A stretch of DNA of 64,000 bases from Bugula neritina (taxonomy: Eukaryota; Animalia; Bryozoa), in assembly GCA_964035545.1 (NCBI GenBank), contig OZ037772.1, positions 7,920,889 through 7,984,888 of the forward strand. Reading direction: 5' to 3'. Every line of letters begins with the position of its first letter. The stretch's first letter is position 1. The position numbers were made by a program, and so were the translations under genes. Positions 18,357 to 30,300 of this stretch are shown here, one piece after another. The notes under the pieces were generated by a model, which worked only from the letters and a program-made list of their open reading frames with translations, was not told the origin of the DNA and did not search any database.

Positions 18357-20187
18357 TCATACAAAGTTAACTGTTAGGCTCTTTAAACTAAAGTAGAAGA
18401 CAATGATCAGGTATGGCGTAGACAGCATCAACTTTGAACTGCAGCTGACTCGTAAAGTTGTTGTCTCTACTACGACAACTCTCTCTGCTAAAATACAAGA
18501 TTTGTTTCTTGAAAATAAATAAACGAGATAAATTTTTTTAAGAACTTTTTTTTATTGTGGAAAAAAGTAGTCAGTAGAGTAATTTTCTCATTTATTCCTT
18601 TCTAATAGCATTACTAGCTTGTACAAATTTCATGCAGTCACTATTCCTGTGAGACTCTATGATGAAACATGTATTTTAAAGTGAACTAACTACTTGTTTT
18701 CTTTATCATTACTGCCAATGACTATGTGTTTACTAGGCCAGTACTCTCATGGTTGCCAGGGTAATATATTTATGATGTTTGTCATGCATTCAACATAATT
18801 GCAGTTATTAGTAAACATACAAACACAATCACCCCATGCGAGGAGAATTTGGTATATTACCAGATTGACAACTTTGTACTGACATTCTGATTAAATCATA
18901 TGTGATATATGTTTTATACTTTAGTTCACTCGCTTGTCATAAAGAAAGTTATTCAAAACCTGTCCGTGATGAATAAAAAGAAATTTGGATATTTTGGAAA
19001 CATATTTGAATTATAGACTTTGTAAAGTTGGCGAAGCTCTTAGACCACATGCATGTAATAAAATATGATCAGTCAGAGTACAAAGTGAAAAAATAAAATA
19101 TTTAATGATTTTGTTACTGAAGATATATTTTACCTTTTAGAGTCAAGAGGTAATATGAGCTTGAGCCGAAAATAGCGATAGATAATTCATCTTGCTTGAA
19201 GAAAAAAGTTGGTTCAGCAATTTTGCATTCGTCGACATTTCCATCTATATCTTCAGTTATATTGGTTCGTGGAACGCATACAGTTGATATCTTATTATCT
19301 TGCAAATTAATAAGTCTAAGAACATTATTTCCATAGTCGGCAATAAAAAACATATAATTGGACAGAAAGAGCATATGTTGAGGATCTTGTAATGCCGCAT
19401 TGTCTAACTTGCCATCATTGTGACCATCATTTGGAGAAATTATAATATCTATGCCATCTTGCCATGATGATTTCATTCTGAGTAAACCATTGTCAGTTGT
19501 GGTCGCATACAAAAAATGTTCAGCTACATCAAAAGATATATAATTTACGGGCATGTCCAATTGGAGCAAAGTTACAACTTTCCATTCACCTCCAATAAGG
19601 CATAGACATCGTAAGGATGTTTCAAAGTTGTCGAAAAATACCAGCTCAGCTTTGCTAAATTTTCTTGATAACAACTGCTTTGGCTCACCAATTAATGCAT
19701 TTAAAAATGTACCATCCCTGCTTCCGCATTCCGTGCACTTTCCAGCAACCAAAGTGAAGCTGTAGCTCTGTAAATCAAACTCTTGAACACAGCAATTATC
19801 AACACTCAAGAACCAAATACGGTTGGGATCTATAGGTGAGACGATCCAACCGGTTACGTTCCTAAGATCATCATTGTCATAAGTTTGATTGTTTCCAAGC
19901 AGATCAAATGTAAGAAAGTTCATAGTTCTAAATATCCTCTCATTTTTTATCACTAAGTTGGCATTCGGTGTGGTAGGGTCTGCCATGACCTGCTCAATTT
20001 GATCTTCAGATATCTTATTTACGCTGTCAATTTTGATGCTAAAATCAAATGTTCAAAATGCATTATAAAATTGACAAAAACAGATATAAATAAAAATATA
20101 AATATAAATACAAATATAATTATAGAACAATTAAAAAAGTAATGTTCAGCATACTGTAAGCAGCAATTTGAAATAGATTTCATAATG

Positions 20188-20262
<75 letters not shown>

Positions 20263-20876
20263 TATATACACATGTATATATGCAGTGTCTTATATGCACC
20301 CATATATCAATATTATACTCACTTGTCATATAAAACCGATTTGCTGTAAATGACCTCCCCAAATGCAATTGCCAAAAAAGGCAAAGTCTAAAATGCAATT
20401 AATAAAATTACTTCAGTTAACAATGACCAGTGTTTTATTTTAAGCTCAATTATTATAAAAAACAAATTTCACAATTTCATTTGTCAAAATTATCATTATG
20501 ATCAGGAACTTTCTGGAATCACCAAAAACTTGTTTGTATAAAATAGCTTGCAAACAACGAATATGAGTTGTTCAGTAAACTTATTTGAAACAGAACTATT
20601 ATATACAACTCTTACAATTATTATGACCAGCATTCGCACAGTATTTTGGGGTCACATTAGGTCTACAAAATAAATACATATTTTGCATAGTTGAACTAAA
20701 AAAAACAATAAAAAATTACTAAGTAGCTTTTATTGCAAGCAACTACTATAAAGCAAAATTGAAATTGTACTTTGCTTTCACTAAATTCGTTGTTTAAAAA
20801 AAAATTTTTTGGTTTATTGGGAAGAAATAGCTCAATGACTTACCTCAATGTAATTTTGACTATTTTTTATAGTCAT
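18357..20876 (-). CDS. Gene E: NHL-propeller protein with GPI-signal-like C-terminus, ~377 aa
   Basis: Exons 20876-20844 (tentative first exon), 20387-20323 (65 nt, TLPFLAIAFGEVIY..), 20038-19134 (HNDGKLDNAALQDP, IADYGNNVLRLINL), 18487-18357 (..VSCSSKLMLSTPYLIIVFYFSLKSLTVNFV*). Confidence 0.78.
20187..20262. repeat. (GT)n microsatellite
   Basis: Direct reading. Confidence 0.97.
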
Positions 20877-22188
20877 TTTGAAATTCCAATACACAAACTT
20901 TGCTCAGCAAGCAGGCCTTTTGCATTGTTAAATTACACGCATGCTTTGCATATGAGTTCTATTCTAAATAATTTTTCCAGTTAAAATGAATAACCAAATT
21001 TTAAACCCCCCAATGCTAGTTGAAACTGTAGAATAATGTGGTGCTGACTTAGGACTTGCCACTGATATCTTTTTAGAAAGAATTTCATGCCAGTAATAAT
21101 TTCCTCGTTTTGGTAAAAAAAATTTCAATATTCGTATTTTTATTAAATTGCAACTTGAATAAGTAAAGATTATAATGCTCAAATTAATTCTTTTAGTTCA
21201 ATTAAGTTTGAAAGTTTGTTTTATGGAAATTATTTTATCCACTTTACAAATGTTTCCTACAAGATGTATTCACTAACTGGTTTTATTTTTGTATCTTTTA
21301 CTTTCTAAATATAGGTTTTTTTTATCATAGAAACTGTAAAAGTGTTTTTTTACAATTGATAGAAAAAAATTTATGTTTTAATAATGTGCAATAAAACAAG
21401 TTTTTAAAATAACATTGTGCCTGTTTACTTTTTCTGTGTTAAGAAATGTAAATGAAAGCAAAACATGTTATATATTATGGTATATATTACTTGACAAATT
21501 TTTTTAAATAATGTTGCAATCTGCTACTTATAGTTCCAAAATAATTACGCTAACATGTTATATTATTTGTTATAAATATTATTCCAATACTATAACATAA
21601 TTATTAATAATATGTGTGTCAGTTTTAGTTAGGTTTTTATGCCTATGTGAGCCTAGGAAATTTGGGAGTAGAATGAAGTGTGTATTTCCTATCTTTGTGT
21701 TTTTATTGATTAAAATATAAAAAAAACTAAATTATTTTCATATTATATTCATTTTAAAGAAGCTGTGCTTTGGGGGCAATTAAAACACGTTGAATTCACA
21801 ATTTTGTCAATTTTTTAAAATTTATTTTGTGTGTTCATTATTAAAAAATTAACAACAGCTTTTTTAATTTTAATTCCAATCAGCTTTCAAGTTTTAAGGC
21901 AAAGTTATGTTCATTCATTTGAATTTTAGAGCTCTTTCAATAATTTTTTGCCTAAATAAAGTTAAAACATAAATACATTTTTAGTGACTTTGAATAACTA
22001 AAAATAAACGAGTTTAATAAACTTTTAGCTAGAATCTGCTATAGTATATATAGCAGGAAAAAGTCCAACAAAGTCATTTAACAGAAAAACAAATGCCAAA
22101 AAATGAAATCTAATTAAACTTGGTATATTTACATAAGAAGGACATCAAGTTAGTAATTTATTATTACTAAATGGACAGAACATTTATA

Positions 22189-22564
22189 TCATAATATCCT
22201 TTGTTCAAGCAAGAAACTATAAATAACGTTTGCTTTTATCTATAATAATTGCTGGTGACTCATCAATTCAGCTGTGTTTGTTGTGTGAAAACACTAAATA
22301 GATACGAACTGCTTTACACATCATTTGCTTGGTTTCTTGTATTCATGAGAAGGGTGTCTGTAATTTAAAAAATATGTCATAATATCCTTTGTTCAAGCAA
22401 GAAACTATAAATAACGTTTGCTTTTATCTATAATAATTGCTGGTGACTCATCAATTCAGCTGTGTTTGTTGTGTGAAAACACTAAATAGATACGAACTGC
22501 TTTACACATCATTTGCTTGGTTTCTTGTATTCATGAGAAGGGTGTCTGTAATTTAAAAAATATG
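22189..22564. repeat. 188-bp direct tandem duplication
   Basis: AATATCCTTTGTTCAAGCAAG at 22193 and 22381. The two units look identical. Confidence 0.95.
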
Positions 22565-22724
22565 TTATTTATACACATACATACACATACACGCACGCAC
22601 ACATGCCCACACAAACACACACACACAAAGATATTATGTGTATTGCGTGTGTGCGTGTGCGTGTCGTATTATTTTAATGTATATTGTACAAATATACTTC
22701 CAAATAATATTTTGTCTATATTTC

Positions 22725-25700
22725 TTACATGCTTGAAATTGTTCTAGCACTTTTTGCACTAGTCGCTGATATTTTCTTTGAAAGCGCTTGGCTGCGTCTT
22801 AATGCATTTATACTTTTCTTTGCTGCATATATTGATGGACTCAAACTTTTCTTTGACGCATATATGCTCATTTTGGCTGCAGATAAATTTTGGCTAGCTC
22901 TTGCAAGACTCTGTTTTGCCAGCTTCTTCTTCTTGCGCTCCCGAACTCGTGACAAAGTAACTATTACGATGAATATAGCCAGCCAGATGGATACACACAC
23001 AACAAGAATAACCACAAAACCAGGTCCTTTTGAGTTTGCACTCTGATTCAGATCCTCTCCATAAGTGCCTGTGGCCCAAGCAGGGGTGGTACTAGCAAAG
23101 GCAGAGCCTGTGGTCTACAAAAGAATTTTTTTTAGATTTATGCAAGTTGCTATAACCAGACTGTTCGTTTTTAGCACTAACAAGCACTCATTTGCCATTT
23201 GTGTTTGTTTGTTTGTATTTTCATCAAATAGTAGTTTATTTCATAGGTTGAAAATAGAAAAAATCAGTGATGAGGGTCCATATGCACAATAACGAACCTA
23301 ATCGAGGTGCGAGGTGTGTTTCTTCCATTTAACATTTAGTATGCTAACAAATCCTTTTATGAAATTTTTTTAATTAACTGTAAAATATTTATACTTTCAA
23401 ACTTTGTCCAAGAATTTAAATCTAATAACAGTTGGTAAATTCTTCAGCGTTGAAATGTATAACAATGTTTCAAATTTTGCCAATGGTGTTTCATATACTT
23501 TTGTAAATGCTTTCAAAACAAACCTTGCATTACAAGGATTTGAAATTTGTATTCTTAACATGTTGCAATTTAACTAAAATAGTTAAAAGTAGTTTAATTT
23601 TTTTTTTCAGTTAGTAGCAAACCGTACTATAATTTTGCTTTGATGTTAATAGGAATAATTTAGATTTTAAGCTTTTGCTTTTAACTCAAGCATTTTTTAC
23701 AAAATGAAACTAATGTAATTGTTTAAAGGCAATGATTAAAATAATTATCCACACCGAACAGAAACTATTTTTATTACTTTGGTTGGTGAAGGCAAAGGAA
23801 CTTTTGGTCTCGAAACTGTCGAAGATGAGCTAGTGACTGTGACATTATTTTCAATTTTCAAAATGTCAGTTGGGAGAGGAAGGATGGTGATAGGTGAAGA
23901 TGTGGAAGTAGTAAATTTATTATTCTTATTATTAGATGGATCTAAAAGCAAAAAAAATTACATTTTATTTCATCAGAGCACAACATGAAGTCTGGTTAAG
24001 TAGCATATGTGAAATCGAAATTATTATTTTGTTTGTAAAGTCAAAATATTTTATTCTACCGCAGTCATTATAATTTTTCAAGCATAGCAACATCTGTTTG
24101 AGAGAGAGCAGTCAAGAGGTCTAGTGTCAAGGTCAAGGTCACACTATTGACTTTGTGTCTACTAAGCCAGTTCTCTCACTATGACTATAGAACACTGACT
24201 TAGTAAACACAAAGTAATGGGTTCGAACCCCAGTGACGGCCATCGGTGATGTTTGGAAGAGCATCCAGTCACAGTTGCTCCAGTGCTTCACCTGAATAAG
24301 CCCTTAGCCTAATTCAAAAAGCATTTTTATTAGGATTTCACGCTGAAATGTGACCATAAAGTTATCCAAGAATAATATTTCTTTGAAAGTTATAATGGTT
24401 GCTTTTAAATTATCTTAAACATGACTAGACTGATTCTACTGTATGCACAAATATAGTTTTATCAAAAAAGTTTTAAGGTCAGTCGAATTTGTTTGCAAAG
24501 AATTACTTTTTTTAATTTACTTACCAGAATAGAAAACTCTGTAAAGAGAATTTTCAGCTAGAACTGCAAAGGAGTTGTTGTCTCTCCGATACACTTGTAG
24601 GGGTGCTCTCATTTTGCATCTGTCTATCGGACCGGCTGTTACGACTATCTTGGCCCCCATTTGTGGAACACATATTGTGGATACTATAGAGTTGGCAATA
24701 TCCACCAGTCTCAATACGTTGTTTCCATAGTCAGCCAAGATAAATACATTGTCTGAAAGAAAAACTAAGCTGCGAGGTCGATCTATCAGCGCTTGTGCTA
24801 AAGAGCCATCTTTGTGACCTTGCCTTGCGCTGATGACAGCTTGTAATGGAGTCACAAAGTGAGATCTGATTCGCCAGATACTGTTTCCTGCTAACAAGTA
24901 GAGATATCTCCCAGTGTTGTCAAATAAAATAAAATGAACGTATCTGTCCCATTGCCACAATGTGTTTACACTCCACCGACCGCGCGCTGAGATTAAGCAT
25001 CGTATAGCTTTGGATCCATTGTCGTAAAAAAATATGTTTCTTTTGTCATTTCCTTTGATGACTAATCCTAAAGGACGATCCATGAGAGCTTCAGCAAAAT
25101 AATCATCTATTCTCCCACATTGTTGACATTTCCCAGCTACAGTTGCAGTTTGATGTGTTTTTAGATTGATGTTGCGGATGCAGCAGTTTGTGCTGTCAGC
25201 AATCCAAAGATAATTCCAAGATCGGGGAGATTCTATAATGCCAGTTATTTTTCCAAATCTGGTTAAGGCTAAGCGACCATTTCTAAAACCCGATTCGGAA
25301 CTGTAGCCAGCTAAGTTACTAATGGCTCGAAAATGAGTTTGAATCTTAGCTACACTATACCCGATGGCAGCGTAAAAGCCAAGTTTTTGTCGACTGTTTT
25401 TAGACACATGGTGGATTGGTGTGCCAGTTCGTTGATAACTTTGTATGAAGACTGTATTTTCTGGCTCAACTCTATCAAACCGATAGCTAAAAATATTAAA
25501 TTAGTTCTATCAAACAGCAGCATTGAAAGCAAAACGCTTACGAAATAATAATAATAATAATAGATAGAAAAAATGCTTTGGTGCACGTACTGCAATACAA
25601 TGCTCTATTAGATCTATTATCTATTAAATAGTTCAATGTTGTGACAGCAAAAAAGGTTTCAGTACCCATCAATATGCAGTCATACTACATTTGTTCAATC

Positions 25701-26168
25701 TTTTTTTTTTTAATTTTTCTATTAAAACTTGCTTTTTATAAACTTTTACTAACAATTATGTTTAAACAATTAATAGCTGCTAATATGTACTTACTTTCCA
25801 TTGAGTTTATCATGGATTATTTGTCCCTTTACCATGATGATAGCAAACGACATCTGCAAAATTAAATTCCACAAATTAATTGTTAACAATAAATCCATAT
25901 GTCTAGTATTTTTCCATTTTTGATAAAGAGATTTTCACAAAAAGGGCTTAGTTAAAATGTATTTACGAAGAAAATGATATTTTACTAATCATTTAGAAGT
26001 CAGAGGTTGTAACAATTTTAATTCCCCGTGTATATAGACTTTTTCAGTAATATGCCTTTTGATCAGCTGCATTGTAAGATATAATTAAAGTTTTATTGCT
26101 GGAAACAGTTAAAATAATTTTGCCAATGATATACTCACAGAGAAAAGCAAAGCCCATTTCATATCCAT
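22725..26168 (-). CDS. Gene F: type I membrane NHL-propeller receptor with S/T/P stalk, ~534 aa
   Basis: Exons 26168-26139 (MDMKWALLFS), 25853-25795 (59 nt), 25486-24525 (propeller), 23941-23778 (stalk), 23114-22725 (TM VVILVVCVSIWLAIFIVIVTL + K/S/A-rich tail). Total 1605 nt, in frame. Confidence 0.86.
24099..24362 (+). mobile_element. tRNA-Thr-derived SINE copy with an internal inverted rearrangement
   Basis: TAGTAAAC..GGGTTCGAACCCC, then GGTGATGTTTGGAAGAGCATCCAGTCA, matching the other copies. Confidence 0.8.
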
Positions 26169-26830
26169 GCTCGACTGGTTCACTACAATTACATTCCAGT
26201 GGGCTATTCAATTGTCAAATAATAATTTAAATTCAAATCAAATTTTTTTCTGTATTGAAAATTATCCTACTAACGGGAATTTCATAGAAAGTTGTGCACA
26301 ACAATTGCTACTCTTCTCAAATAACAGTTTCAAAATGTGAATCTTTGAACTGAATAGAAAACAAAAAAAGTCGATTTGTCTCAGAATTATTTATGTTACT
26401 TATCTATAGCTTAGTGCAGAAACAAAATTGTTTATTTTCGTATTTATTTATTTGAATATGGTTAATCATTCTTTTTGTTTTTGTATACGCACTAATAAGC
26501 TATAACTGTCAGATACAAAACAAAAATCTTATATAACTATCAACCATTCATGGCTCGGTGCCTTGAATATAGCTACTGTGCTATTGCGCCATAGGCCCTG
26601 TCATTTTGTTTATTTTTTTTCAATTAATTTTTTCCCGACTACGCGATATAAAAACAAACAAACAAACAAACATTCCTTCAAATAATGGTGTTCTCACTTT
26701 AAACAATAAAGGAATGACCGTTTATTATTTCAATGCGATCGAACAAGAAACATATTTTAGGACTGAAATTGCTTTTAATTAAAGATGTTACTATAGATTT
26801 TTTTTGCTGGCTGCCACTTTTCACTGCTTT

Positions 26831-27086
26831 TGTAGTGTTGAGTTTACTCAGCAACCCTTGTGGTGTCATGGTTAACACACTGCAATTGCTTGCAAGCCGG
26901 AGGTCTATGGGGAAAAGAATTTATACCAGCTATTTTGGCTTTTAATGGAGTATAGAAGTACTCTGAGGAATTTGGGAAGCCAAGAGAGCTTGAGGACTGA
27001 AGGAGTAGTAGATAGGCCAGTAGAGTTTTTGAGAACTGGGTAGGATGTAGTGATGAGTTTACCGAGTGGTCCCTGTGGTGCAATTG
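26831..27086 (+). mobile_element. tRNA-Ala-like dispersed repeat
   Basis: Homologous to the reverse complement of 54350-54550 and to 61262-61500. Flanked by TGCTTTT direct repeats. Confidence 0.7.
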
Positions 27087-27316
27087 CTTTTTGTGATTGC
27101 TTTTACAAAACATCTGATTCAAAAAGCAGCATGGTATTTATTTTTAAGCAATAGTTACTTGTAGTCTTGACAAATGCATTGTTTCACACAAAAACTATTT
27201 TCTGTTAAAAATATATCTTGTTTATTTGTTTACTAGTTCTATAAACACAGGCTGTTGACTTTTCACTCAAAAGTACGTCACTTTTGAAAAAAAAGAATAA
27301 ATTACAGAAAATTCAT

Positions 27317-30300
27317 CTACATGTACATTTGAACAGAGTAAATCTTTCTTTTTACGATATGATAATGAACTATCACAAGACTCACAATAAATAGAACTGT
27401 TATGACTAAAAACATTACAATGATCATAAACCCATTGAAGTATTGGTACTCTGTAGCCGCAGTTGTAATTATACGTGTAGTAGTTGTAGTAGTAGCAGTA
27501 GTTTGAATGTTTTTTCTAGTTGATGTCGGTTTTTTAGTGCTTGTTTTTGATACAATCTACAAAATATCAGAAATTTATCAAACTGAGGAAAAAAATTTGT
27601 TCTGATGCTAACATATTGCAAAAGTTGGTAGAAATTAGTTCAAGAGCAAAATATTCAACGAAGTTTTTTCTTTGGGAGTGAATAGAGTTATGCAAATCAA
27701 ATTTATTACCATTAGCCCCTAATTATTAGTATTTATATATCAGCTAACCCTTTTCATTATTTAGTTATTAGTTATCAGTATATTTACAGCAGGTATGAGC
27801 TATCAGTACATGAAAAACGCATACAGGTTTATATAGTTACATCTCTGTGAGAAGCTCCTAGTAAAAAGACTTATTCACATGTAGCACAGGCTAAAGTATG
27901 ACTGAATGCTCAACCTAACTCTATCATAGCTTTTACTGGCTTTTTGAACCGATGACAGAAGGTCTACTTTATAGCCAGGGCTGTAACCCTTATAGACTGT
28001 CGCTTACTCAATAAAGACCCTTTTGTACCAGGGATGATGGCTATATAAACTTGCATGAGGGAGTAAATCATACATAAGCTGAATGATTTAAATCAACCTG
28101 TGTTTTCTAATGCTGTTCTTTAAGATTTTCAACCAATTTTTTTAAAGAATTATTCTAAAATGCATTGCTCAAAACTTAAAAATGGTTTCTTGTTTGCAAC
28201 AAAGATTTAAAATATACTAGAATCCCATATTCAGTTCAAAGCATGAGGCAATGGCTAAAATTAAGATAAACATTAATTACTGATAAGACATCATTCTTAA
28301 ATATAATGAAGCAGCTGTGGTCTAAGGGTTAGAGCGTTTGCTTTGTAAACGCAAAGTCAGGGGTTTGAACCCCGACAAAGGCCATTGGTGATGTTAGGAA
28401 GAGCATCCAGTCATCATTGCTTTGTGCCTCATCTAAACAAGTCCTTAGCCCATTGTAACAAAAACCTTTTCTATCAGTAGTTTCTCACAGCGATAGCAAC
28501 TATAAACTTGCGTGAGCTTTTTTTAAACTTGAGTGAGAGTGAGTTAATAATTACTGATAAGATTTATGTTTTTACCCTGATGGTACCGATTCCATTATCG
28601 TCAGGGTCTGTTAAGTCAGGTGTGGTTGCTGGAAATGTCGGTTGACGTTTCGTTGTGATTCTTACCTAAAGAAGTTTTCAACGCAGAATCATGTAAATTA
28701 ACAGACCTTAATATACACTGAATCTAAAATTGTTATATACAGTTGAGTTTATAGAACTTTGAAACGGTAAAGATAGTGGATGCTGGATCAAAACCAATTA
28801 TTCTTTTTGAAAGAAGAAAAAACAAAATCAATTAATCTGCTATACGTTGTGGTGCTTTGTAAAACTTTCTGCTTAAGAAAATTTTGACGGAGTTTATACA
28901 TGATTGGATGTTTGAAGTGTGTCTACAAAAAAATTGTCATTTCATATACAAAAGGATATCTAAACAACATTGAAGTCGTTTTTCCTAAAAAGAACTGTTT
29001 AATCAAACTAGAGAGATATTTTCATAAAAAAAATATAAAAATGTCAAAATATATAAGTAAGGCAAAGCTTTTTCTACAAATATGTTATATGATCTAAGTC
29101 ACGTTCTTACAGTTATAAAAGTTTTTCGGTTTGTACAATAATCTAGTTTGATTTTTAAAATTATTCATCTTGATAGTTCAAATTGAGTCGAAATATTTAG
29201 TTTCAACCTACGGCAATAATGTATTTTTTGCTTGTAAAACAATTTCCCGGTTATTTCTTGTTTTGCAGCTAATTTTCTCATAAATAAAAAAGAAGACAGT
29301 GTTACTATTATTTTCATTTTGATGTTTTGACTTCACAAACTGTACTACCGTTGTTGGAGTCGTGGTTAGACGTCTGGTAGTTGGTTTTCTGGTGGTTTGA
29401 CGTTTTGTTGTAGTAGTAATAGGCAGTGTTGTTGAACTAGTTGTTGTAGAACTAGGTTCCGGTTTATAGTATCCTTTGTCTACAACATATGTTTTCTTGC
29501 AAAGAAAGTTCTCTTTATAATTTATGTGATATTAAAAAAATACACACAAATTTATAGTCACCATCTCTGTGGAAAATTCCTGATAAAAAGGGTTTTTGTT
29601 AAATCGGACTAAGGACAATTATTTAAATGAGACTCAAGAGCAATTATGAATGGATGCTTTTCCTAACATCACAAATGGCCTTTGTCGGGGATTTTAACCT
29701 ATGACCTCATGCTTATCAGGCAAATGCTTTGACCTCTAAACCATGGCTGCTCCCTATAATAGTTTATTTGACATTGCTTTTATTTAGTCTTTCTGTACCA
29801 ATGATACGCAAATGGCTTTGAAATTTCAAAGTTTACAGCTTTATTCATTTTTTTAAATTAGCACTCTAAACCTATCACGAATTAGTTTTAAATATTAGTT
29901 TTTAAGACTAACCTGAGTAGAATAATTGAAATGCTTCATATTCCCCTAAAATGAAGATGGAGGAGGATCGTCTCTTCTTGTAAAAGTAAAACGGGGAATT
30001 TATCTTACAGCCACTGATGTCTGAAGACACAGATATGTCATTGGCATTTGGGTGAGGAATGCAGATAGAAGAGATCTTTGTTTCAATGAGATCCACTAGC
30101 CTCAGCACATTGTTACCATAATCAGCTAACAAAAATAAGTCATCATTCAGAAATATCATATCTTTTGGGTCATTTACATTAGCTGTTGATAAGCGGCCAT
30201 CATTATGCCCTGCTACTGATTCGATGACGCTTTCATATCCATCTTGCCAGGTAGACTTGATTCGAAAAATGTTGGATTCTTCTGTGAGATAAAGATATTG

